A stretch of DNA of 61,896 nucleotides, filler included, from Nemertoderma westbladi (taxonomy: Eukaryota > Animalia > Xenacoelomorpha): NCBI GenBank assembly GCA_032718475.1. It is 3 parts of 3 records of this genome, joined end to end, with 100 filler letters (N's around TTAATTAATTAA, not from the genome) between each part and the next. Parts side by side here need not be neighbours in the genome. Positions count along the whole stretch, not along the records: positions 30,326 to 58,658 come from JAUCBJ010006968.1; positions 58,759 to 61,896 come from JAUCBJ010002229.1; 1 more part is not named here. One strand, written 5' to 3'. The position numbers and the translations under genes are program-made. The notes beneath the pieces are model-generated. The model did not search any database. It had not been told where the DNA came from and saw only the letters and a list, made by a program, of their open reading frames with translations. Position 1 is the first letter of the stretch; each line of letters starts with the position of its first letter. Positions 51,379 to 61,896 of this stretch are shown here, one piece after another.

Positions 51379-51887
51379 TCTAGCGCCTCATTGATAGCGA
51401 GATATGCGATGTCGTAGAATAGTTCTTCGTAGCTCTCGTACTCGGCTTGGATTACTCGAACGGTAATCCTGAATCGTCCGACGTTCGTTCCTTGTACTTC
51501 AACCTCGACGTGCCAGATTCCTGGCTCAACTTGAATTATGTCAATGGGTGTGATCGATACTTCCATTCCCTGTTAACGACTCTCTTATATGTGATCTACT
51601 GACTACGAGTTTGCTATATTGAGTTTGTCGATTGATTAAACCACGGCTTTGTCTTAACTCAAATACCAGAGTTTCCTCGTAGTTGGTGCTGGGTAAGCAC
51701 GGAGAGAGTTTGAAGAGTATTGTAGGATTCCCAACTTCCACCAGTTGAAGTTGGCCGCGTTTTATTCTCAATTTTGTTGCCATTATTCCCGACACCATGG
51801 GGGAAAACGCCGATGCTGGAGGCAGAACTTTACAGACCACGGGGTACAGACCATGGCTAAGGGTCGGTCCAGTCGGTAGACTCTGTC

Positions 51888-52600
51888 GCGTATCCGTACC
51901 ACCCCTCTCGAACCCCGAAGGGATCGGTCATCGAGAACCAGTACGGCTTGGCTAGGAGTCTGTCGTGTTGGTGGACCCGTTCGCGTGTCCGTCCCACCCC
52001 TCACGAACCCCGAAGGGAACGATCATCGAGAACCAGTACGGCTTGGCTAGGGGTCCGTCGGTTCATCGCAGAGACCCAACCACCTAGGCTTTCCGAGTCC
52101 TTATTCAGGCTCGTAGTCACTTCGGCAGCCGAGAAACTGCTCTGAACAGTCGGTAGGCCAGTAGAGTCCAGTCCTCTGTCTTTTGACCCCGTCGCGTGTC
52201 CGTCCCACCCCTCACGAACCCCGAAGGGAACGATCATCGGGAACCAGTACGGCTTGGCTAAGGGTTCTGTCATCAGTTCCCGTCGCAAATCCCTGGCACA
52301 AGCAGCAGACTTTCTGATGTCCTTTTCAGGCTCGTAATAACTGCTGTTGACCAGAGACCGCTAAGGGCAGTCCTCGTCAAACCCTTCCTCTGTAAGTCGG
52401 TCGACCCTTTCGCGTGTCCGTCCCAACCCTCACGAACCCCGAAGGGAACGATCATCAAGAACCAGTACGGCTTGGCTACAGGGTCTGTCGTCGTTTCCCG
52501 TCGCAAATCCCTGACACAAGCAGCAGACTTTCCGATGTCCTTTTCAGGCTCGTAATAACTGCTGTTGGCCAGGGACCGCTAAGGGCAGTCCTTGTCCCTT
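51888..52600 (-). repeat. GC-rich leader repeats: four copies of a ~65-nt structured core inside ~95-218-bp units
   Basis: The core cgcgtgtccgtcccacccctcacgaaccccgaagggaacgatcatcgagaaccagtacggcttggcta starts at about 51887, 51982, 52193 and 52411. Confidence 0.9.
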
Positions 52601-53039
52601 AGACCTAGCGTGTTACGGTATATGGCGCTGTATCCATAATATTAGTCATCATGCAGTATGCAATATTAGTCCGTCATGCAGTATGCAATATTAGTCCGTT
52701 ATACTGTACGTAATATTAGTCCGTTGTGCAGCATGATATTTTAGATAAGGCATAATAACGCAGTGGTATTTAGGTAGGGAAATCAAAACGCCCATATATT
52801 TGAAACCATCCATTTTGTATAGTATGTAGCCCTACCTACGTAATTTTGTATTAGGTTATATGTAGATAGTTCCAGGGTAAGTTTATTCGGACCCTGGATT
52901 CAGTGCTTGCTGATATTAGCTTTAGTAGGGCTAGCATATAGGGACGCTGTCCTGGCCATTCAGCAGCCAGAGACGTGAACCATTACCATATATGGTAATA
53001 ATTCGAGGAAGGGAAGCAAATAGGGCTACAATCCGGCCT

Positions 53040-53152
53040 CCTTATTGGACTAGCTGCTTCCAGGTTGGTCTAGTGCTAGCACGGACTGGAGAGCCAATAG
53101 GAGAGCGATTGAGTCACCCTATTGCATCATCCCATCCGGATCACCTATAAAT
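53040..53152 (+). promoter_or_regulatory. Candidate RNA Pol II promoter
   Basis: ATTGG (53044), CCAAT (53094) and cTATAAAt (53145-53151) are spaced as in a canonical promoter and are followed by pyrimidine-rich Inr-like sequence. Confidence 0.4.
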
Positions 53153-54754
53153 TGGCGGTGTGCCGGTAAAGCCTCATCTTCTACTCATCACATGACACCT
53201 AGCCCTAGCACCTGTCTTGCTGTTTTTTCTTGATATTTTCTGCAATTTGCTAATTTGATTAATTTTCGTGAAATGATTTGCTAGTGCGATTACTTGCTTG
53301 TGTTTCTCAATAATTCCTTTGATTGCTGCTAATTACAATTGAACTATGATTTCTACCTTTGATTAATGGTTCTATGTGATTCTTTCTGCGCAATAATCCT
53401 AAGGGATTCTGAGACTGTCAGACTTTGTGATTTGCATGCGCCGCTACGGTAGCTATTAGCGTCATGGAGAGCTAAGGTGCCAGTGGGCGGTGGGCGCATC
53501 GGGGGGTTGAGCGACTAGGAGAGAGCGGAGGATTCAAAGCGAGCAACGCTGGCCAGGGTCACCGTTGCGGGCGGGTAACTTGCACTGCGGCACGCAGACC
53601 GATCGCCGGTACAGCAAATTAGGGGGCTGATGATCCAGATTTTGTCTCTATTTGGTATTAGGGGGGCAGGAATTGGGTTAGTTAGGAGTCCTAGATGTAC
53701 CTGGGAGAGGCCTGCGCGTATTAAAACGTTGAGTGTGGAGTACGAGTAGTGAATTGCACAATTGTAAACTGTGATTTCTAACGCTGATTGGTGTGTTATT
53801 GAAGTGTGCCTAAGATTACGAATGCTTAGATAGGCGCTCTTTTCCTTTGATTGATTTCTATTTCTTAGTTACGATAATTAGTTATTGATTAGGTCAAAGT
53901 AATACGGCAAATTAGGCTATTACTATCGAAACCTGTTGCGTGATAAATTAGAATTACGTATTCTGGAACTCTTAGTAATTAGTACGCTGTTAAATATTTG
54001 TGACTGTAATTAATTAGTAAAAAATTAAGAATTAGTACGCAGCATAGCGGAGAGTAGCTAAGGTAATAATTAGTGTACTGTAAACTATTCACGCTGAGCG
54101 GTTATTTGCATTAGCGGGCAATCAGCTAGAACGCACTATTCGGTACGCACGATACGCTAGTAATTTTGCTGGCCTAAAGCCAGTCGCGGGCAGTTTTAGA
54201 CCCGGGGTGGTATTATCCACGTAGAAACAGATACTGTACCGTTTTGATATTTTAAATATTCTCGCATTCACACATTACGTTAGGGAACCTCCAGTATTCG
54301 CGATTAGAAAGACGTAGATAATAGCGTGCTTTAATAAGTGATAGAATTAGGCGTAAGAATACTCTGAGTGCAAGGCCTCTCGCACTCGTCTTAAGTAAGC
54401 TTAGGGAGCCGACTCGGGTTTATTGTTTTGGTTATTCCCGCGTGGCTCATAGATTCGAACAGTTAGCTCTCTATCGAGCAATCGGTAGAGAAAGGAACAA
54501 GCGATTTTGCAGGAGTTGTGTAAAATTAGTAAAATATATTAGTGGACGGCAGATTAGCGCCATCTAACGGTAAGTAGCGGTTTTGTATTTAGCAACCCTT
54601 ACAATTTAGTAATAGCACGCTCCTGATCCCCTTTACTTAACAGTAGAGCAGTCTTTGTGTCTTATTGGTTAGGCGGGAACTTATTAGGTTGGCAGAGAAG
54701 TATACCAGTATTTGTCTGTTCAACAGTTCTGCTGTTAGTATAGAGGTCGCGGTT

Positions 54755-55360
54755 GTTTATCAGTAATACGCGTTTTATTGGCTGTTGCTTGCAGCGGTCA
54801 ATAGAGTATTCTTAGGCTGTTAGTTTAGACTACTGTTAGTTTAGATTACTGATACTTCGTATCAGTAATACGCGCTGTTTGCTGTAGGCTGTAGCGTACA
54901 GTAAATAGAGTATTCTTAGGCTGTTAGCTTAGATTATCGTTACTTTAGATTACTGATACTTCGTATCAGTAATACGCGTATATTGCTTTGCTGTACTGCG
55001 TATAGTAAGGCAGATAGTGTATTCTTAGGCTGATTAGAGTATCATAGTATTAGGCAATAAATTGGAGCACGTGATCGTCTGCTGTAGGCTATAGGCTAGC
55101 GTACAGTAAGACATTGAGTTTATTCTATTAGGTTGTTAGTTTAGATTACTGTATTCACTGGCTGCGTACGATAGTACAGTAGTACATTAGGCTGATTGCT
55201 GTTACTGCGTACGGTAGAAGGGACATTTGTTTTGCCGTACCATACACAGTATCATTAGGCTGTTAGGTTGGTGTACTGTTTTACTTACTGTACTGCATAC
55301 AGTGGATGTACGGTAGTGCGTTTTGCTAATTGCGAATACAGCAGTTCCTTAGGCTTTAGG
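54755..55360 (+). repeat. Degenerate tandem repeats of about 105-120 bp containing a perfect hairpin
   Basis: Recurrent agtattcttaggctgttag..ttagattactg. The hairpin attactgatac-ttc-gtatcagtaat occurs at 54845-54869 and 54949-54973. Confidence 0.75.
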
Positions 55361-57215
55361 GCGAATTGTAATTAGTAAGTTTTTTGAAAATTATTAGCTA
55401 GGTTTGCGAGAATTCAGTTTTCGGTCAAAATTATTTTGTAAAATTCTAGAGTTTTGTACCGGTATGTTAGGTAACCGCTTAGTTATTTTATACCATCTGG
55501 AGATACATGGCAAGACGGAACTTCTGAGTTTGGGGTTCGTGTGGGTCTGCGGGTTCGGTTTGCAATCAGCGAAGGGCCTGAATCTTTGGACGCGGACGTG
55601 GAATCTCACAGCAAACAAGGTTAGTTGTTCTGTTGGCACCAGTGTGTTTGTGGAAGCAGTAAAAAATTATCGGTTGTTTAACTGCGAAGCTGAACTCAAT
55701 TTATTAGTTAGGATATTTAGGTTTAGCCGGCCATGGTTTTGAATCGCTCAAGTTAGAGAGAGAGTTAGAGAGAGTCGCAACCCGAAGATGTAGCCACGCG
55801 CTAGTGGATACATATAATATTTGAAATTAAAATTACGTTGATTAGAGCTATATATATATAAAATTAGAAATATTCGGGCGGCAAGTATATTTTGAATATT
55901 TTGTATTAGATTCAGAGTTATTTTGTGCTATACCGGTATTTAATATTATATAATAGCTATATAATAATATTTTTGTTTAAATATTGTGCTAGTATTTGCT
56001 ATAACTATACCCCATTAAATTCACAATATTGCATTGCGAATTTATTTTGACATTTGGACCAACTGATTATTTGACAAATAATTTGACCGTATTTTCGGTT
56101 AAATTATAATTATATCTCGAACTTTGCGAGATATGTTTGCCGGAAGGCAAACATTATTTAGACTATGAGTGTCTCAGACAAAGAGGCACTAGAGGACAGC
56201 TACGAGACGGCGGCTGGACCGCCGACTGACGATAGCACTAACATTACTGTTGATGACAATGCCGACTATGACGACGCAGCGAGCGACGCTGACGTAAGTG
56301 AACAGGAGGACGAGACAGTGACTAGTGAGGAAGAACAACAACCTCAGGTACCTAAAGAGGTGAGGTCTCTATAGGGGTGCCTGAAACAGGCGGCGGCGGA
56401 CTCGCGAGGGTCTGGGGGCACGTTAAATTGTTGTTATAGTGCAAGGGAGTCACTGAAGGCCCTCGTGTCTAACGAACCATGAATCGACATGGTGCCGTGG
56501 TATCGCCTAGTCGGCCTGTTGCCGTACTGCCAGTCCTGTACACAGTAGGGGTGGTGGCATGGCGTGATTTGTGGTTCATGTGGTGTGAACTATGATTTGT
56601 ATGTGGGCGAGCAGTGGCAGTTAGCTTTGGGGCTTGGATGTGTGCCATTGACCGTCAGCTGTTCCGTTTTTTTGATACTATATGTTATTGTCTCCATGTT
56701 CAGCTGATTGGTCTTTGGGGTGTGTTTAGGTCTGAGATGAGCTTTCTGTTGCTGTGGGTATGTGAGTACACGTGATTGTATGTATGGCCACTGTGAGTGA
56801 GTGTGGGAAACCTTGCCGGTTGAGCCAGACGCCGCTGGTATTAGTAGGACCATACTTTACTGCGCCCCAGCATACTTTGTGCACACAAGTTATTTTGCCC
56901 TGACGGTAAAATAAAGTACTCTCGACTCTTTATTAGTCGATACAATTTTGTCCCCCCCGATTTTGTCTTTCTCGATTTAGTCTTTCCCGATTATGTCTTC
57001 TGTGTGTGCATGGTATGTGTCAGATTTTGTGTTTACCGTAGTGTACTTGATATTGTGAACATCCATTGAGTACACGTGTATAGGACTGGTAAGTGGTTAC
57101 TTGTTCCTAGCTTTCGAGCTAGTCAGTATTGTTTGCGGAACTTACTTCCCATCAATACTGCCGGCGAGGCGGGTGAAAACGTGTCAATATTCCATGTTGG
57201 GTAGCGCAAGCCCAC

Positions 57216-58658
57216 ATGGGACGAGACCGTCGGTTAGGCCCAAGGGCGACCTTGGTGCTTGATCGCTATCGACTGGTCCACCCGCCGGTTGACTCTTTGA
57301 GTTGGCTCAATGTACAGTCAGGCCACAGTAAGTTGACAGTAGCCGCCCATCTGGCTACACGTTCGACGAGCTGTGCCGGTGTGATCGGGGGACCGAAAAC
57401 AGAACCCGGGAAGCATCGGGCCACCCTCCGGCCCGGTTTGATAATAACATCAGTCAGACTGGCCCCAGGGGTGGTGGAAAGGTGTCCGCCTCGTGGGTGC
57501 GCCTCGGGGAGGAGCCCAGAAGGACACAAGCGAATAGTATTAGGATCCCCTACCGCTACTGTAAGGAAGGACTGTACGGCAGCCCGGACAGAGGTGAGTG
57601 ATAGGGAGAGTAGTGTAGCAGAAGCGAGAGCCCGGAGCCCGGTTTCCAGACCTGTGGGTATGGTAAGTGCCGTGGTCCCGACGGCTGTAAGGAGTACCCG
57701 TAGTTCCCGAAATAACCCTTCAAGTCCACCGAGCGTAAGTCAGGTAAGTGATAGAGAGTTCGACACTGCGATGAAGAAGAAACTTCGCGCGCACGCCGGA
57801 CATATAACTCGGACGGCGGACAAGGTAAGGAAGATGTTAGCTGACTCAGCGAACATCGGGAGGGTAGAGTTAGTAGAGGTTAGAAGAGGATATAACTCAG
57901 CGTTATTCAAGCAGACGGAGGAGCTTGCAGTCCTAGCGAAGAAGGCAGTAGAGTCTCAGTCGAGCGACGTAGCAACGAGGATTTACGACAGGGTTTTAGC
58001 AGCCTTGTTGGAGCACCGCGAGTTATCGGAGCGATTCCGACGAGTTAGGACGGAGAACTGGCTGCTATGGGCATCACAAGCGCAGGCGACTCAAGTGAGT
58101 GACGCAGAGCTGAGAGAGTTAGTGGAGCGAGAAGAGATCCAAGACAAGGAGGAGCGCAGGTATCAAAGGGAAGTTACTAGCTGGCTGATGCAGAATGGAG
58201 TGGTGGTACCAGGTCAGGTGCTACCGACGACGGAGAACATCCAACAGAGGACGTTGACTCCACCCGATGATGCATCTAGAGACAGCGGCGATTCCCAGGT
58301 TAGTCACGCGCGAGGTAAGGTAATATGTGCTAGATCCCTTGTTTCTCACAACTCGGCAGAGGAGAGAAGACGCCGACTAGACGAACAGCAGGCGGAAGTT
58401 TTGCGTGCATCAGAAGCACGGAAGGAAGCCGAGCGGGAACGGGAGCGAACACGTAAGTTAGACGCAAAGTTGCGAGAGTTGGAAGAGAAAAGTAAGCGCG
58501 AGCAAGCGGAACGCGAACGCAAGGAACGCGAACTCCAGTTCGAACGCGAACGCAAGGAACGCGAACTCCAGCTCGAACGCGAACAGAAGGAACGCGAACA
58601 AAAGGAACGCGAACTCCAGCTCGAACGCGAACAGAAGGAACGCGAACAAAAGGAATAC
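57216..58658 (+). CDS. gag-like coiled-coil protein, 3' end lost at the gap
   Basis: An open frame of about 480 codons. The motif KKKLRAHAGHITR resembles the motifs in the other two gag-like ORFs. The C-terminus consists of (ERKERELQ)n repeats. The true start is uncertain. Confidence 0.55.
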
Positions 58659-58758
58659 NNNNNNNNNNNNNNNNNNNNNNNNNNNNNNNNNNNNNNNNNN
58701 NNTTAATTAATTAANNNNNNNNNNNNNNNNNNNNNNNNNNNNNNNNNNNNNNNNNNNN
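58659..58758. other. Artificial contig linker / gap
   Basis: 44 N + TTAATTAATTAA + 44 N. Confidence 0.97.
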
Positions 58759-59721
58759 AACACCAGTAGGAGATGTTTTCACTCTTCACATCTTTTCACT
58801 CTTTCACTCTTCACATTTTTTGCCATTTCCTCTGCTAATAAAAATTTCAGAGTACCGGATAGATCCATTCGAGGAATCTGTGCTAGTAATTTTTGTCTAA
58901 TTTCCTCATCATCAAGACCTAGTGTAAGAATGGCTATCGTCAAATGGTCTGGGTCAATTACACCAACAAAACCACGTAGCTCCAACAACGACGAATAAAA
59001 TGTAGCCATAGTTCTCCCATTTTGACGATGAGTCAATAAACTGAGCCAGTCTGAATTAATATTTCTCTGGCCACGAAGAAATTCTTTGATTCTAGTTTAA
59101 ACCTGTTCAACATTGTCCCCAGTAGTTTTTTCGATACCAATAACATGGCGAACTTGATGCATGAAACCTGGTGAAAAATAGGACCAAAATGTTGCTAATT
59201 GGGTTTCTCTTGGTGATTTGTTGAGATTGGTCACAATGTAATAATTGTCCCAAATCTCCAACCATGACACAAACCGTTTATAATCCACATCCGCCTCAAT
59301 CGTAGGTGGATGTTTAATAACCATTTACACCTACTTGTGAAACATGTGAATCATGTACCGGTAGGCCTACCCGGCGGTTGCTACTAGCATTGACAGAATA
59401 ATCATTACAGAGGCCTAAAACGATGATCTGTAAATCATTGAAACGCATTTCAGTACTAAAAATATCGGCTTCTTCGCCTGGATCTTCATCCAGGTCAGAC
59501 TCGACTAGAAAACGAACATGCGCTTCCCCCCAGTCCGAAATTGTTTTTTCAAATTTATTTAACAAAATTTGCAATTGCTGAACTCGGGCTTGAGATTTCT
59601 CATCTTCCTCTAGATTCGAAAATACATCAATCTGAACTGCAAGGGCTTTGTTTGCTTTGGTAGCGAAACCCTTATACGCCCTACGCGAAGCCTTCAATTT
59701 TTTTAAGTTCGCGTCAGCCAT
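58759..59721 (-). pseudogene. Gypsy (Mag-like) gag, disrupted
   Basis: KKLKASRRAYKGFATK; PP....DY..F.SW...W.NY; RN.....L..RQ...T...FY..L; LGL.DEEIRQKLL. There is one frameshift near 59320 and one in-frame TAA at 59099-59097. Confidence 0.8.
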
Positions 59722-59952
59722 TCACGTGATTAGCACAGGCCTAGGGCCTAGACTTATTTATGAAATTGTGGGCGCACCAATACAGCAATAAATTCCTTAC
59801 TGAATTCACCGTAGTAGTAGTACCGGTATCTCAGATGGTCAGGCTGTAGCATATAGGCAGGCCTAACTTTCTCACCTGGCCCCCATCAGTACTGCAGTAG
59901 GTTCATTAATCATTATCCACATCAATATGTACTTCGGTACTTGATGATAACA

Positions 59953-59964
59953 CTCGCAGCGCCA
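59953..59964 (-). promoter_or_regulatory. Primer-binding site, tRNA-Ser-like (TGGCGCTGCGAG)
   Basis: + strand ctcgcagcgcca, complementary to a tRNA 3' end ...CGCAGCG-CCA, about 230 nt upstream of the gag ATG. Confidence 0.7.
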
Positions 59965-60231
59965 TATAAGGTTCTCCCAGCCCACAGCATGTAACAATAA
60001 GTTATATTAATTACTTAATGCAGCAATTCCTTCATCATATAATACAGATAATACTGATATACACTTTCAGGCATTACACGTTACAGCGTTATATATGATC
60101 AGTCGATATCAAGGCCTAGGTTACTGGTACATATCTAATACCGAACTCTAGATTGTTAACCGGTCCCCTCCACCAAGTCACAGGGCATGGCCTCTTATAA
60201 ATACTAGTATAATATCACACACGTCTTAACA
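59965..60231 (-). mobile_element. Probable 5' LTR (about 267 bp) of the Gypsy remnant
   Basis: The minus strand starts TGTTAAG and ends CCTTATA directly before the PBS (imperfect inverted ends). It contains the TATA-like tatttataaga. Confidence 0.55.
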
Positions 60232-60735
60232 CTTAACCTTACCGTCTGACAGTACCTACCTAAAGCAGTAAAGACAGAAAAGGCTGACAGAGAATTGGGC
60301 TTTATATCTGTCAAAGTCAACTCAGCTAATCCTCTACCTGTGGCCGAATACAAAGTGACAATACAGTAGGCTGGTAGGCCTACAGCAGTAGGTGTAGGTA
60401 GGCCCCCTACCTACTGACCTAATACTGTAATCAGGTAATAGGGCCTATCTGCCTATAGCTGAATAGCTCTAGGGTGATTAGGCCTAATGCAGTCAAGAGT
60501 GACTGCACCGCCAAGCAGTCGCTGCTGCGGCCTTAGACCATCAGACAGGTCCGGCATCTACTGGTAAAGTATCACTACTGCCTGACTGCACTAGCTAATT
60601 GGCCTAATCTCAGAATTTCAACTTTAATGCATTTCTGCATTTAGCAGTTTAGTGCTTTTGCTTATTTTTTGCACTCGGACTACCGCAAGTTGGCATACGT
60701 CAGTACGTGAATGGACGATGACACGCGGTATTCAC

Positions 60736-61896
60736 ACACCTCCAATGTTATATAGTGTCTGGTTGGAGATGTGTGCATTGTACTTGACACAATGAACCCG
60801 GCGTAGCATTCTTGTGAATGTGCCATCCAGAGATTTGGTATCCTCAGCAGTTAGAGCCCAGCATGGACTCCCATAGAGGAGTACTGGAACTACTGCTGCT
60901 CTAAATAATTGGACCTTAAGTTTTCGATTAATTCTCGGTGACTTCCAAATCCTGGAAAGCCTATTCAAAGCTGCCCATGCCTTTCCCTTACGTATTCGAA
61001 GGTCCTCGCCTGACTTCCGGATCCATGATCCCAGGTAACAGAAGTCATCCACATGCTCAAGCATACCATCTTTTGAGCTAATGCTCATCGGAACAGAGAC
61101 TTGCTGAGGACTTTCAAAGTTAACTGTCAAAATTTTGGTCTTTCTGGAGTTAATAAAAAGACCAACACTAGAAGCAGCATGTTCTAATGAGCTGAGGAGC
61201 CGTTGTGCCCCCTCTAGTGATTCTAGGAGTACTCCTAAGTCATCAGCACAGTCTAGATCAGTTAGGTACTTGGCAGGATTTCCTCGACTTCTGGAGCCAG
61301 TAGGTGGAGTTATCATCACCCCATCATCATTATGATGATCTAAGGACATGCGTAGAACATAGTCAACAACAACTATGAACAAGAATGGTGCAAGTGTGTC
61401 TCCCTGGAGGACGCCCCATAACACTTCAAATGGTTCTGTGTCACCGTCAACAGTAGACACAAATGTTGTCGAACCATCGTATACTGATCTGATTGCTGCA
61501 ATAATTTCATCAGGAATCCCATATAATGAAAGTATGCTGAACATACGTGAGCGAGAGACTGAATCAAAGGCCTTGAAGAAGTCAACAAAGATACACCAGA
61601 TGCCTGTCTTTCTTTTGTGATAACTCTTCAATTATCCTTCTAAGTGCCCAAATGGGCTCCATGGTCCCACGACCTTTACGGAACCCATTCTGATTTCCAC
61701 AGAGCAGTCTCTCAATGGGATCCCTGATGCGATTTAATAGAATCCTATTGTATAGCTTTGCAGCAATCGAGATCAATGAGATTCCCCGAAAAGAACCATA
61801 GAGTGTTAGGTTGCCCTTCTTGGGAACTGGCACTAACTTATTTGTTTTCATTTCTTGTGGGACTCTTGTTGTTCGGTACATTTCTACTATGATGGG
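60736..61896 (-). mobile_element. RTE-like LINE family B copy: frameshifted, 3'-truncated, running off the window end
   Basis: Near-identical to 44810-45973. FADD is mutated to CADD, there is a frameshift near 61590, and no tail. Confidence 0.93.

Larger units (their letters stand above)
52611..58658 (+). mobile_element. Probable 5' portion of a large LTR-type retroelement (LTR-like start, long leader, gag-like ORF), cut by the gap
   Basis: Begins TGTTACGG at an abrupt junction, contains a CCAAT/TATA promoter and internal tandem repeats, and ends in a gag-like ORF. No pol or second LTR is visible. Confidence 0.4.

Noticed and set aside
52086-52335. Hammerhead ribozyme (CUGA...GAAA on the minus strand of the leader repeats)
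   Set aside because: The core reads CUGAAAA or CUGAAUA, lacking the conserved G8, and there is no convincing stem II.
52619-52630. tatatggcgctg shared with the PBS junction near 59960
   Set aside because: It is a 12-nt match only, diverges immediately, and has no preceding LTR.
57216-59721. Convergent gag-like ORFs across the second gap as one locus
   Set aside because: They are separated by an artificial linker, so adjacency is not established.

Overview
This is eukaryotic, AT-rich, repeat-dense genomic DNA, most likely from an invertebrate animal (inferred from paxillin, DRAM-family and S10 peptidase genes, GT-AG introns and metazoan-type transposons). It is not prokaryotic, and I found no CRISPR array, rRNA or intact tRNA. 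Two artificial N44-TTAATTAATTAA-N44 linkers split the window into three pieces (1-30225, 30326-58658, 58759-61896) whose true adjacency is unproven. Host genes: a secreted intradiol ring-cleavage dioxygenase (horizontal-transfer candidate), an unidentified coiled-coil protein, three co-oriented Frag1/DRAM/Sfk1 paralogs, a probably GPI-anchored S10 serine carboxypeptidase, and a three-exon paxillin that starts about 70 bp after a 7.2-kb 32-bp satellite. Mobile elements: a DIRS/Ngaro RT-RNase H, two RTE-like LINE families with (TAG)n tails (one copy nested inside the other), a Mutator-like element, hAT and other MITEs, Helentron-like repeats, a Gypsy LTR-PBS-gag remnant, and two head-to-head gag-like ORFs. 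The most unusual signals are structured repeats associated with retroelements: (1) four kink-turn/UUCG hairpins plus a chain of stop-start-coupled small ORFs upstream of a gag-like gene (51375-52600); (2) a 41-bp double-hairpin array with a flipped loop (50367-50629); (3) a 46-bp GGA-bulged hairpin array upstream of the Ngaro ORF. All family assignments come from reading motifs by eye, not from database searches.
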